Below, piece after piece: positions 8,761 to 19,522 of a stretch of DNA of 32,000 bases. Source of the DNA: Alkanindiges sp. WGS2144. GTDB taxonomy: Bacteria > Pseudomonadota > Gammaproteobacteria > Pseudomonadales > Moraxellaceae. A program made the position numbers and the translations under genes. The DNA is taken from NCBI RefSeq assembly GCF_043950625.1, contig NZ_CP171007.1; one strand, 5' to 3'. Each line of letters starts with the position of its first letter. The stretch's first letter is position 1. A model generated the notes under the pieces. The model saw only the letters and a program-made list of their open reading frames with translations, was not told the DNA's origin and did not search any database.

Positions 8761-9954
8761 ATGCCTATTCGACCTATTCTTACATTGGCTTTAAGCGCCA
8801 CTGTTTTATCTGCCTGTCAGTCATCCAGCGAAAATACAGAAAATTCCAGTCACAGACTGCTGGAGAGCAAGCATATTTATAGACTTATTCCTTCTGCGAC
8901 TACCAACCGCATGGCCTGGGCCAACGATATACGCAGCATTATGGATGACCTGAATATTGAGCGTAATCTGGACAATAGCTGCGCTATCATCGCCGTGGTA
9001 GATCAGGAGTCCAATTTTATTGCCGACCCACAGGTAGCCGAACTTGGTAAAAAATCAGTGCGTGAAATGAACGAAAGGCTGACTAAGAAGCTGGGCAAAA
9101 AAATGACCGGCTATTTTAATGATATGCTGGCCAAGCAGCCCTCGCCTGATGATAACTTTTTAATGCAGCTGGAACAGGTAAAAACCGAGCGCGAGCTTGA
9201 CCTGCTGTACCGGCAGATATTTGATTTTTATACCCGGCAATACAAGGTGAATCTGGTGACCAGTGCCGCACGTATTATTGCAAGACAGGATATAGAAGAA
9301 ACTTTTAATCCGGTAAGCACGCTGGGTTCCATGCAGGTGCATATTCGTTATGCGCGTGACCACTCCCGCAGCGGCGGCAACCTGCATAAAATACGCGATG
9401 ATTTATACACACAATATGGTGGGTTGTACTATGGAATACATCGCCTGATGACCTACCCGGCCAGCTATGAAAAACCAATTTATCGGTTTGCCGATTATAA
9501 TTCTGGTATTTACTCGAGCCGCAATGCAGCATTTCAGCAGATGATCAATCAGCTCACCAAACAGAAGTTAAGCCTGGATGGTGATTTGCTGTCCTATGAT
9601 AAAGAAGGTGATGTACTGGCAGAACCTACCGATAGCGAACAAGCGCTGATTCAGCTCTTTTTGGATAAAAATATCAGCCTTGATGCCAAAGCGATCCGCC
9701 ATGACTTGAAAAAAGAAAAACAGCAGGAGCTTGAAGATACCAAAACCTATCAGCAGGTGCTAAGTCTGTATAAAGAAAAGTTCAAAACACAGGGATCGTA
9801 TGCGGTGATGCCGGAAGTTGTAATTTCTGGCCCAAAATTACGCCGCGATTACAACACTAACTGGTATGCTTCTCGTGTGAATCAGCGTTATAGACGCTGC
9901 GTCAACCATGGTAAAAAGATGGGGTTTAAAATGGATACCAGCAAGCGAACTTAG
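8761..9954 (+). CDS. DUF1615-family lipoprotein; carries SLT-like motifs (see findings)
   Basis: 397 aa. The N-terminal signal peptide ends in the lipobox LSAC (Cys19). The overall pattern resembles DUF1615 lipoproteins of Pseudomonas and Acinetobacter. Confidence 0.7.
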   Translation: MPIRPILTLALSATVLSACQSSSENTENSSHRLLESKHIYRLIPSATTNRMAWANDIRSIMDDLNIERNLDNSCAIIAVVDQESNFIADPQVAELGKKSVREMNERLTKKLGKKMTGYFNDMLAKQPSPDDNFLMQLEQVKTERELDLLYRQIFDFYTRQYKVNLVTSAARIIARQDIEETFNPVSTLGSMQVHIRYARDHSRSGGNLHKIRDDLYTQYGGLYYGIHRLMTYPASYEKPIYRFADYNSGIYSSRNAAFQQMINQLTKQKLSLDGDLLSYDKEGDVLAEPTDSEQALIQLFLDKNISLDAKAIRHDLKKEKQQELEDTKTYQQVLSLYKEKFKTQGSYAVMPEVVISGPKLRRDYNTNWYASRVNQRYRRCVNHGKKMGFKMDTSKRT

Positions 9955-10028
9955 ATTGCTTTGTTCCTAGGAAACTCACAATTTTTAATAACCTGAAAGC
10001 TTCCTGATAAGACGCTTTAGCATGTCAA

Positions 10029-11156
10029 TTAATAAATGGCCATATGGTCGCAATGGATCATTTCCAGCGAGCGGTTTTCACCCAAAATCTCATGTACCCG
10101 TTCAGACGGCTGTCCGATAATCTGCCGCGCCGACTCCGAGCTAAAATTGACCCGCCCTACAGCAACCCGCTGGCCTTTTAGGTTAACGCACTCCACCACA
10201 TCGCCACGTTCAAAATGACCTTGTATCTGACGGACACCCACCGGCAACAAGCTACGATGCTTAGCCCGGATCGCGTCCACTGCCCCATCATCCAGCACCA
10301 AACGGCCAGCCGTTTGCAAATGCGCAGCTAGCCATTGTTTATGTGCGGTAATGCGATCTGTATCCGCAGTCAATAAAGTGCCTAATGGCTCACCTTCAAT
10401 CAGGCGCAGTAGGACATTATCTGTTTGCCCGCTGGTAATTAAGGTAGGACAACCGGATTTTGCCGCCAGACGTGCTGCACGAACTTTGGTTACCATACCT
10501 CCACGGCCCAGCACACCGCCGCCACCTGCCATGGTCAGCAAGCTGTCATCCATGGCACGTACGGTAGAGAGCAAAGTGGCACTGGCATCCTTGCGCGGAT
10601 CACGGTCAAACATGCCTTCCTGATCGGTCAGGATAATTAGTAAATCAGCATTGACTAGGCTTGCCACCATAGCAGCTAGTGTATCGTTATCACCAAAGCG
10701 GATCTCATCGGTGGCGACCGTGTCGTTTTCATTAATGACCGGAATGACGCGCCATTTGATCAGGCGCAATAACGCATCGCCAGAATTTAAATAACGGCGG
10801 CGGTCAGCCAGATCATCATGCGTCAGCAGTACTTGTGCAGTCTGGACTTGATGCTGAATCAGTGCGTCTGCCCATGCCTGAATCAAGCCCATTTGACCAA
10901 TGGCCGCACAGGCTTGCAGGCTAGGCAAATCATCAGGACGTGCACCAATTTTCATGCGCACCATGCCTTCCGCCACTGCACCAGAAGAGACCAAAATTAC
11001 CTCAATATTCCGGTCATGCAATTGCGCCACTTGTGCAGCCCAGGCAGCAATGGCCACGCGATCCAGCCCCTGACCATTGGCTGTTAACAGCGCCGAGCCA
11101 ATTTTAATCACTACACGTTTACAATGAAGATCACGCTGACTGACTTGTTGTGCCAC
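10029..11156 (-). CDS. proB: Glutamate 5-kinase
   Basis: 375 aa. The N-terminal amino-acid kinase domain shows [11 protein letters not shown] and [11 protein letters not shown]-terminal PUA domain is present. It sits immediately downstream of obg, as in Pseudomonas-type obg-proB pairs. Confidence 0.92.
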   Translation of the reverse strand: MAQQVSQRDLHCKRVVIKIGSALLTANGQGLDRVAIAAWAAQVAQLHDRNIEVILVSSGAVAEGMVRMKIGARPDDLPSLQACAAIGQMGLIQAWADALIQHQVQTAQVLLTHDDLADRRRYLNSGDALLRLIKWRVIPVINENDTVATDEIRFGDNDTLAAMVASLVNADLLIILTDQEGMFDRDPRKDASATLLSTVRAMDDSLLTMAGGGGVLGRGGMVTKVRAARLAAKSGCPTLITSGQTDNVLLRLIEGEPLGTLLTADTDRITAHKQWLAAHLQTAGRLVLDDGAVDAIRAKHRSLLPVGVRQIQGHFERGDVVECVNLKGQRVAVGRVNFSSESARQIIGQPSERVHEILGENRSLEMIHCDHMAIY

Positions 11157-11193
11157 GTTTTAATACTCAAAAAAATCAATAACCCGTTAAATT

Positions 11194-12444
<1,251 letters not shown>

Positions 12445-12502
12445 TTATGCCATAGTTTAGGCCCTAACAGTAAAAAACTGCTCAGGCCAGATATTGATAT
12501 TG

Positions 12503-12530
12503 CAATAAAAAACCCAGCCTAAGCCGGGTT
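12503..12530 (-). terminator. Rho-independent terminator after the GAPDH gene
   Basis: On the minus strand, AACCCGGC-TTAG-GCTGGGTT is followed by TTTTATTG. It lies 21 nt downstream of the stop at 12551. Confidence 0.7.
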
Positions 12531-12550
12531 CTTCATATCAGAAAAATAAC

Positions 12551-14011
12551 TTATGCCGTCACTGTTTCAACCGGTACATGCGGATAAGAAACACCCGCCA
12601 TCTGTTCGGCAATACGCAATACCTGACAGCTATAGCCGACTTCATTATCGTACCAGACATACAAGGTTACACGGTTGCCGCTGGTAATGGTGGCTTGCGC
12701 ATCAAATACACCAGCAGCACGTGAACCAATAAAGTCACTTGATACCACTTCAGTAGAGTTGGTATAACCAATCTGCCCTTGCAGGTTGGAATGCAGGGAT
12801 ACCTGACGAATGTATTCGTTAATTTCCGAAGTTGACGCTTCCTGCGCCAGATTCAGGTTTAAAATGGCTAAGGACACGTTGGGTGTTGGCACACGTACCG
12901 AGTTACCAGTCAGCTTGCCTTTGAGTACAGGTAAGGCTTTTGCTACGGCTTTAGCAGCACCGGTTTCAGTAATGACCATATTTAAAGTCGCTGCACGGCC
13001 ACGACGATCCGCCTTATGATAGTTATCAATCAGGTTCTGGTCATTGGTAAATGAATGCACTGTCTCAACATGGCCATTTTCAACCACGTATTTATCATTG
13101 ATAACTTTTAAAACGGGTGTAATTGCATTGGTAGTACAACTGGCCGCACTAATAATCTGGTCAGAATCAATAATGTCGCTATTATTCACGCCATATACCA
13201 CGTTTTTCATCTCGCCCTTACTTGGCGCGGTCAGAATCACGCGGGCAATACCCGGGCATTTTAAATGTTGCGCCAGACCTTCAGCATCACGCCATTTGCC
13301 GGTATTGTCGATCAATAACGCGTCTTCAATGCCATACTGGGTGTAATCTACTTCGCTTGGGCTGCCTGCATAGATTACCTTGATGTAATTACCATTGGCG
13401 ATAATCGCTTCGTTTTCTTCATCAATGGAAATAGTACCCTCAAATGAACCATGGATCGAATCACGGCGCAGCAGGGAAGCACGTTTCGATAAATCGTTAT
13501 CGCTTGATTTGCGCACCACAATGGCTTTTAGGCGCAGTCCGCGGCCAATTCCGGTTTGCTCAATAATCAGGCGTGCCAGAATACGACCAATACGACCAAA
13601 ACCGTACAGCACTACATCTTTGGTTTTTGGTTCACTTTTCTGGCCAGTTACAGGAGCCAAAGCGGCCTGTAAAAACTGGTTAATATCACCGCCTTGTTCT
13701 TTATAAGCCAGTGCCAGCTTGCCCAGGTCAACCTCACAGGCACCGATATTATCCATGTTGACCAGTGCTTCCAACAACGGCATGGTATCAACCACGGATA
13801 ACTCAATAGAGATCATACGGGCACGACGGTGAGTCTTCAAAATCTGGATCACAGAACGGTTAATCAGTGAGCGACCATAAACAGTGATAATGATGTCTTT
13901 TTCACGGTAAAGCTGCCCAATCAAGGCAATCATGCGCTCGGCAATTTCTTCGCGATTTTTCCAGCGGCCAAAATGCTCACTGGTTAAGGCAACGATGGTC
14001 TCTTTGCTCAC
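12551..14011 (-). CDS. gap: Glyceraldehyde-3-phosphate dehydrogenase, long form with an N-terminal extension of about 130 aa
   Basis: 486 aa with a GTG start preceded by the SD AGAGGA. The canonical GAPDH part starts near residue 131 (VVLYGFGRIGR) and contains the active-site SCTTN (ASCTTNAITP). It resembles the ~480-aa Gap-2 class of pseudomonads. Confidence 0.88.
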   Translation of the reverse strand: MSKETIVALTSEHFGRWKNREEIAERMIALIGQLYREKDIIITVYGRSLINRSVIQILKTHRRARMISIELSVVDTMPLLEALVNMDNIGACEVDLGKLALAYKEQGGDINQFLQAALAPVTGQKSEPKTKDVVLYGFGRIGRILARLIIEQTGIGRGLRLKAIVVRKSSDNDLSKRASLLRRDSIHGSFEGTISIDEENEAIIANGNYIKVIYAGSPSEVDYTQYGIEDALLIDNTGKWRDAEGLAQHLKCPGIARVILTAPSKGEMKNVVYGVNNSDIIDSDQIISAASCTTNAITPVLKVINDKYVVENGHVETVHSFTNDQNLIDNYHKADRRGRAATLNMVITETGAAKAVAKALPVLKGKLTGNSVRVPTPNVSLAILNLNLAQEASTSEINEYIRQVSLHSNLQGQIGYTNSTEVVSSDFIGSRAAGVFDAQATITSGNRVTLYVWYDNEVGYSCQVLRIAEQMAGVSYPHVPVETVTA

Positions 14012-14265
14012 GGAGTTTTCCTCTTAAGGGTTATCTGCAATCACATGATGCAGCAATAGGCAACAATAGATTTAAAGGCGCATATTATAGTAGAAATTTG
14101 TGTCGCTGAGAATGACTTAAGGCCGCAAGCCTGAATTTAGTCTGTTGAGGTCAATCATGCTGGCAGGAATGATCGTGCTGGGGAAACCACATATGCGGAG
14201 GCAAATGAATAACTTACCTCCGCATACATGGGCTTTAAAGCCAGATTTGATTCTGGCGCATGAGG

Positions 14266-14433
14266 TCAGTTAGCCTCAGAATCCGGACGATGAAGCTCGG
14301 CATCGGAGCGCAAAACCAGAGCACTTCCAGATGATACCATGTCATCCACTATGTCAATTGCGGTCGCCAATAGCGTGATGACGGTACGTGTCGCCTGCTG
14401 ACTTTTGTTGAGCTGGATATGGAATTTGATCAT
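14266..14433 (-). CDS. Hypothetical small protein, 55 aa (MIKFHIQLNKSQQATRTVITLLATAIDIVDDMVSSGSALVLRSDAELHRPDSEAN)
   Basis: Too short for the ORF track. The ATG at 14433 is preceded by TAGGAGAAAACAGA, a strong SD with good spacing. A TGA stop lies at 14266-14268, and a 10-bp hairpin lies 34 nt downstream. I recognise no family. Confidence 0.35.
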   Translation of the reverse strand: MIKFHIQLNKSQQATRTVITLLATAIDIVDDMVSSGSALVLRSDAELHRPDSEAN

Positions 14434-14806
14434 TCTGTTTTCTCCTATTGATATAGTTCAGGTTCAACAGATTTATGCCTGACATTCTCTCATCCATAAA
14501 AAACCTCTTATCCTTAAGTTGTCATACAATAATTCCAAAATAGGCCGATTTTTTGTAACCATCCAGCCAAATCAACTGATTTTTTTGTTGTTAAAACAGC
14601 CAAATGTATTTTAAACACAGTGATTTATAGAACTTATACAGGGCTAGACCAGAAAAAATGTTAAGCAAAATAGTTTTGTTTACATTGTTGTTTCAGGCAA
14701 TACCCAATTAATTTTACAAGTTTTTGGTTTGAAAATTGGCGTTATAGAGTTTTTCAAGCAAATATTTATCCGATAAACAGTATCGTTAGCCGATTACTTT
14801 AAACAT

Positions 14807-15409
14807 TTACTGTTGCGGAGTTCGAAGTAACTTTGTGGTATCAAAACCCTGCTGCTTGGCAGCATCCACATACTGCTGATAGGTTTGCTCATCCAAATGA
14901 GGATTACGCGATAAAATCCACAGATATTTACGGTTGGGCGCTCCCACCAGTGCAGTCTGGTAATTGTCATCCAGCTTTAAAATCCAGTAATCGCCTCTGG
15001 TAAATGGAATCCAGCGTAAACCTGCTGGCAGAAAACTGACCTGTAGCTTGCTGTTGGTTTTATCTACTGGCGTCGCCTCACCCTGCGCAGCAATCATCTC
15101 TCCATTGGCCTGGCGACACTGGTTTAATACCGATACCTTGCCGTTGTCCTGTAAGGCATAAGTTGCTGTGGTATCGCGTTCACATTTGCGCTGAAAATAC
15201 ATGGGAAAGCGGGCAATTTCATACCAGGTACCCAGATAACGATTTAAATCTACCTGATTTACCGTTTGTGGCTTGCTAGTTGTTGCCGCCATAGCCACTG
15301 AGCCTAAAACCGCAAAACCAGCTAATGCCAAGATACTGCGCTTTAATGGTTTTTTTGATAAAACTGTGTTCGCTTTCACCATAGCTGGATATCCTAGCCT
15401 GTTATTCAT
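14807..15409 (-). CDS. blc: Bacterial lipocalin (Blc family), apparently not lipidated
   Basis: 200 aa. RYLGTWYEIARFP and YLWILSR are the lipocalin signature regions shared with E. coli Blc. The signal peptide ends ...VAMA-ATT with no lipobox Cys. The start could instead be Met10 at 15382. Confidence 0.85.
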   Translation of the reverse strand: MNNRLGYPAMVKANTVLSKKPLKRSILALAGFAVLGSVAMAATTSKPQTVNQVDLNRYLGTWYEIARFPMYFQRKCERDTTATYALQDNGKVSVLNQCRQANGEMIAAQGEATPVDKTNSKLQVSFLPAGLRWIPFTRGDYWILKLDDNYQTALVGAPNRKYLWILSRNPHLDEQTYQQYVDAAKQQGFDTTKLLRTPQQ

Positions 15410-15563
15410 ACGATAGACTCTTCAAACTTAGGACAGATGTCTGTAAGTATCCAACTACCTCATTGAGTTTTTTTGTACATCTCACCCAGATAATTATTGA
15501 AAAGCGCATTTTTTCAGGATTGAATAACCATAAATTTATCTACTGCTGAGACTGATATATAAC

Positions 15564-16061
15564 ATGGAAAAATTTATCGAAAATACCATGTATGCTGCAC
15601 GCTGGTTACTGGCACCGGTTTACTTTGGTTTATCTTTGGCTTTGCTGATGCTGGCCATTAAATTCTTTCAGGAAATTTTTCATATTCTGCCCTATATTTT
15701 ATCAACATCTGAGGCAGATATGGTACTGGTTATCTTATCTCTTATTGATATGGCACTGGTGGGCGGCCTGATCATTATGGTGATGTTTTCAGGCTATGAA
15801 AATTTTGTCTCAACCTTAAGCATTAGTAAAAACCAGGAAAAGCTAAGCTGGCTAGGCACTATGGATGCCAGTTCTCTAAAGATGAAAGTCGCCTCATCCA
15901 TTGTGGCAATTTCCTCCATTCATTTATTGCGGATTTTTATGGAAACGCGCTCCATCGATAATGACAAGCTGATGTGGTATGTGATTTTACACTTAACCTT
16001 TGTTTTATCGGCATTTATTATGGGCTATCTGGACAAGATCACTAAACACAAAGCGCCCTAG
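15564..16061 (+). CDS. yqhA: UPF0114 family inner-membrane protein YqhA
   Basis: 165 aa. The start ...R.LL.P.Y.GL..AL..L..KF..E and the 3-4 predicted TM helices fit the YqhA/UPF0114 pattern. Confidence 0.8.
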   Translation: MEKFIENTMYAARWLLAPVYFGLSLALLMLAIKFFQEIFHILPYILSTSEADMVLVILSLIDMALVGGLIIMVMFSGYENFVSTLSISKNQEKLSWLGTMDASSLKMKVASSIVAISSIHLLRIFMETRSIDNDKLMWYVILHLTFVLSAFIMGYLDKITKHKAP

Positions 16062-16070
16062 ACTTTCCTC

Positions 16071-16107
16071 AAATAAAAAGCCGTCTCAACGCAAAAGGTG
16101 GACGGCT
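16071..16107 (-). terminator. Terminator between the convergent yqhA and uvrB (best on the minus strand)
   Basis: AGCCGTC (16079-16085) pairs with GACGGCT (16101-16107). On the minus strand the stem is followed by CTTTTTATTT. Confidence 0.6.
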
Positions 16108-16133
16108 ATTCATTTCATCAGCAACGATTAAAA

Positions 16134-18254
16134 TTAATAGAGCAACTGGGCTTTTAAGCGGGTAATTTCATCCCGAATGCGTGCAGCCTGTTCAAACTGC
16201 AACTGCTTAGCCAGGTTATTCATTTCACTTTCCAGTTTTTTGATATGCTTGGCAAACAGTTTGGGATCGGCCAGCAAGTGCTGATCGTCGCTGCTTAACG
16301 CAATATGCTGGTGCAGCTTGGCATCAATTTGATCATCTTCATACACCTCGCCAGTATCAATTTCCTTGATCACCTGCCGCACTGCACTACGGGGGGTAAT
16401 ACCGTGTTCTTCATTAAACTGAATTTGCTTGGTACGACGGCGATCCGTTTCATCAATGGCACGTTGCATGGAATCGGTAATGCGATCCGCATATAAAATG
16501 GCCTTACCTTTTAAGTTACGCGCAGCACGACCAATAGTTTGGATTAACGACCTATCAGAACGTAAAAAACCTTCCTTGTCGGCATCTAAAATAGCAACCA
16601 GAGATACTTCCGGCATATCCAGTCCTTCACGCAGCAGGTTAATCCCAACCAGCACGTCATACACTCCCGTGCGCAGTTCATGAATAATTTTTACCCGCTC
16701 AACCGTATCAATGTCCGAATGCAGATACGCAACCTTAATCCCGTATTCTTTTAAATAACTGGTTAAGTCCTCCGCCATACGCTTGGTCAATGTGGTCACC
16801 AATACCCGCTCATTAATATTTTTACGCAGATTAATTTCAGACAGCACATCATCCACTTGCGTGAGTACGGGACGGATTTCAATCTCCGGGTCAATCAACC
16901 CAGTTGGCCGCACCACTTGCTCTACAATTTGCTGGCTATGTTCCAGCTCATAGCGGGCGGGCGTTGCACTAACAAAAATGGTGGTGGGTGCAATGCGTTC
17001 CCACTCTTCAAACTTCATGGGGCGGTTATCCAGTGCACTAGGCAGACGAAAGCCGTAATTGACCAGATTTTCTTTGCGTGATCGGTCACCTTTGTACATG
17101 GCACCAATTTGCGGCACCGACACGTGTGATTCATCAATAATCAGCAAGGCATCTTCCGGCACATAATCAAACAGGGTGGGCGGCGCTTCGCCTGCTGGAC
17201 GGCCAGACAAGTGCCGTGAGTAGTTTTCAATACCATTGCTATAGCCCAGCTGCTGAATCATCTCAATGTCGTATTTGGTACGCTGCTCAATGCGCTGCGC
17301 CTCCAGCAACTTATCCTGAGATTTAAAAAATTCCAGTTGCTCGGCCAGCTCGGTTTTAATGGTACCCACTGCCCGCTCCAGATTTTCTTTGGGCGTTACA
17401 TAATGGCTTTTTGGATACACGGTAATACGCGGCACTTTACGGATCATTTTGCCAGTTAGAGGATCAAACCAGCGAATCGAATCAATTTCATCATCAAAAA
17501 TTTCCACCCGCACCGCATATTGCTCTGACTCTGCAGGAAAAATATCCAGAATTTCACCGCGCAAACGGTAGGTACCACGGGTAAATTCCAGCTCATTGCG
17601 GGTGTATTGCATTTCTACCAGACGGCGAATTAGCGCATCGCGGTCAATACGGTCACCTTGCACAATATGCAACAGCATTTTGAGATAAGCTTCGGGGTCA
17701 CCCAGACCGTAAATAGCCGAAACAGACGCCACAATAATGGCATCACGCCGCTCTAATAAGGAACGCGTGGCTGATAGGCGCATCTGGTCAATATGGTCGT
17801 TAATGGCCGAGTCTTTTTCAATAAACGTGTCAGATGAGGGCACGTAAGCTTCGGGCTGGTAGTAATCGTAATAACTAACAAAATACTCCACTGCGTTATT
17901 GGGAAAAAATGCCTTGAACTCCCCATATAGCTGCGCGGCCAAGGTTTTATTGTGCGCCATAATAATGGTTGGGCGCTGGGTGCGAGCAATCACATTAGCC
18001 ATGGTGTAGGTTTTACCTGAACCCGTCACCCCCAGCAAAAGCTGGCCTTTCATGCCTTGTTCAATACCTTTAACCAATTTCTCAATGGCTTGCGGCTGAT
18101 CACCAGCCGGTTCAAAATCGGTTTTTAAATCAAAAGGTTTATCTAAAACCTGAGTGCCGGATAAATTTACACCGGTTTTGTGCGCATTTTCTTGTATTTG
18201 GCTAGCAACATGGTTTAGCTCATCTTGTGAGCGCATTTTGGCGGGTTCTCGCAT
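16134..18254 (-). CDS. uvrB: Excinuclease ABC subunit B
   Basis: 706 aa, collinear with E. coli UvrB ([32 protein letters not shown]-terminal UVR domain EEAA.IRD). It extends about 33-39 aa upstream of the E. coli start. Met7 (18236) is an alternative start. Confidence 0.93.
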   Translation of the reverse strand: MREPAKMRSQDELNHVASQIQENAHKTGVNLSGTQVLDKPFDLKTDFEPAGDQPQAIEKLVKGIEQGMKGQLLLGVTGSGKTYTMANVIARTQRPTIIMAHNKTLAAQLYGEFKAFFPNNAVEYFVSYYDYYQPEAYVPSSDTFIEKDSAINDHIDQMRLSATRSLLERRDAIIVASVSAIYGLGDPEAYLKMLLHIVQGDRIDRDALIRRLVEMQYTRNELEFTRGTYRLRGEILDIFPAESEQYAVRVEIFDDEIDSIRWFDPLTGKMIRKVPRITVYPKSHYVTPKENLERAVGTIKTELAEQLEFFKSQDKLLEAQRIEQRTKYDIEMIQQLGYSNGIENYSRHLSGRPAGEAPPTLFDYVPEDALLIIDESHVSVPQIGAMYKGDRSRKENLVNYGFRLPSALDNRPMKFEEWERIAPTTIFVSATPARYELEHSQQIVEQVVRPTGLIDPEIEIRPVLTQVDDVLSEINLRKNINERVLVTTLTKRMAEDLTSYLKEYGIKVAYLHSDIDTVERVKIIHELRTGVYDVLVGINLLREGLDMPEVSLVAILDADKEGFLRSDRSLIQTIGRAARNLKGKAILYADRITDSMQRAIDETDRRRTKQIQFNEEHGITPRSAVRQVIKEIDTGEVYEDDQIDAKLHQHIALSSDDQHLLADPKLFAKHIKKLESEMNNLAKQLQFEQAARIRDEITRLKAQLLY

Positions 18255-18534
18255 TAAGGCCTAACTCAATTAATTGCCAAGGGAGCTTTAATAAATAAGG
18301 CTAAATGTTAAAAAATCAAGGCATTCTCTACGATCAAATGTAAAGCAAACACGGCTACTCGCCTGCTTCAGCTTGACAAAAGCTTTGGCCAAAATTATTT
18401 ATTAGCTTGCTGACTTACAACTGTACTACAGCTTGATTACCAATCCCCGCCTAAAACAAAACCTGTACTTTTTAAAAAAGCCTTACAATGACTCACCTGT
18501 ACAACCCGATAAGGTAGTTAAGGAAGCTATTCGC

Positions 18535-19164
18535 GTGCCAGATCAGTATTTTATTTCATTTGCTTTATTTTTCTCGCTATTAAACCCATTTTTAATGAGT
18601 ATTTACCTGCTGCCCATGATCCGCAGTTTGAGCTTTGGCCAGTTCAGTAAAGTATTAATTCAGGGTGCCCTGATCAGTAGCGTGGTGTTCTTGCTATTTG
18701 CTTATGGTGGTGAGGCTGTCTTTAATCGCTTTTTGCAGGTACGTTTTGAATCCTTTCAGATTTTTGGCGGTATTATCTTTTTAATTATTGGTATGCGCTA
18801 TGTATTTGAAGGCGCAGATACGCTGGAATCCACGCGGGGCGGCAAGCCTGAACACCTGGCAGGCAGTGTGGCTATGCCTTTTATGATTGGCCCGGGCACC
18901 ATTAGCGCGGCTGTAGTGACCGGCACTCGCCTTAATGTCTGGGGCTCAGCCATTATTATTGCTGCCACCATGGTTTGCAGCTGTGGGATTTTAATTTTAT
19001 TAAAATTTATTCACGACCATGTTAAAAAAAGAAACGCCCGTTATGTGGATCGCTATGTGGAAATTGTTGGGCGACTGGCTGCGCTTTTGGTCAGTACCAT
19101 TGCCATTGATATGATTGTGACCGGGGTGCTGGGTTTAATGAAAAACTTACCGTTTACCCATTGA
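18535..19164 (+). CDS. marC: MarC-family integral membrane protein
   Basis: The ORF-track frame runs 18433..19164. I prefer the in-frame GTG at 18535 (210 aa) because AAGGAAG lies 8 nt upstream and MarC proteins begin just before the F..F..LF...NP motif (here FISFALFFSLLNPF). The start remains uncertain. Confidence 0.75.
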   Translation: MPDQYFISFALFFSLLNPFLMSIYLLPMIRSLSFGQFSKVLIQGALISSVVFLLFAYGGEAVFNRFLQVRFESFQIFGGIIFLIIGMRYVFEGADTLESTRGGKPEHLAGSVAMPFMIGPGTISAAVVTGTRLNVWGSAIIIAATMVCSCGILILLKFIHDHVKKRNARYVDRYVEIVGRLAALLVSTIAIDMIVTGVLGLMKNLPFTH

Positions 19165-19522
19165 CCTTCTGGTGCCAGGTGGCGGCATAAAAGTGCGGTC
19201 AGCGTAACGAGAAGGCTTGGGGCGCATCTGCTCCAGTGTAGGATCATTATCCTCGTTGCGCTGCGGCATGGGAAAAGGTAGCTGGGCAACCGGTCTTTTG
19301 CTGGGCTTGCTCATTTTAAGATGCTGTTTTTTGAGGTGACATTTAGTTTAAGGGTTTTTTGATAAAAACTGTAGTTTTATTACATTTATTAGCTGAGCTA
19401 AACGTGTCTTGGCAAAATCATTACTAATCTACTTAATACGCTTGATATATATTACTTTATAGTCAAACTGTCTACACGATCATCTATATCGCTACCTGCT
19501 TTATCGGTGCAAGGAGCATTCT

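Noticed and set aside
18136-18254. An N-terminal extension of about 33-39 aa on UvrB relative to E. coli.
   Set aside because: There is no in-frame alternative start (ATG, GTG or TTG) closer to the conserved KPF..., so the extension is probably real but short and low-complexity. It could equally be a start-codon ambiguity between Met1 and Met7. It is of low interest without comparative data.
19147-19314. A 55-aa minus-strand ORF (MSKPSKRPVAQLPFPMPQRNEDNDPTLEQMRPKPSRYADRTFMPPPGTRRSMGKR) just downstream of marC, overlapping its last 18 nt. The track's 78-aa ORF at 19053-19289 lies in another frame.
   Set aside because: It has no recognisable SD (CAGCATCTTAAATG), no family recognition and a Pro/Arg-rich low-complexity composition. 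I cannot support it as a gene without conservation or expression data.
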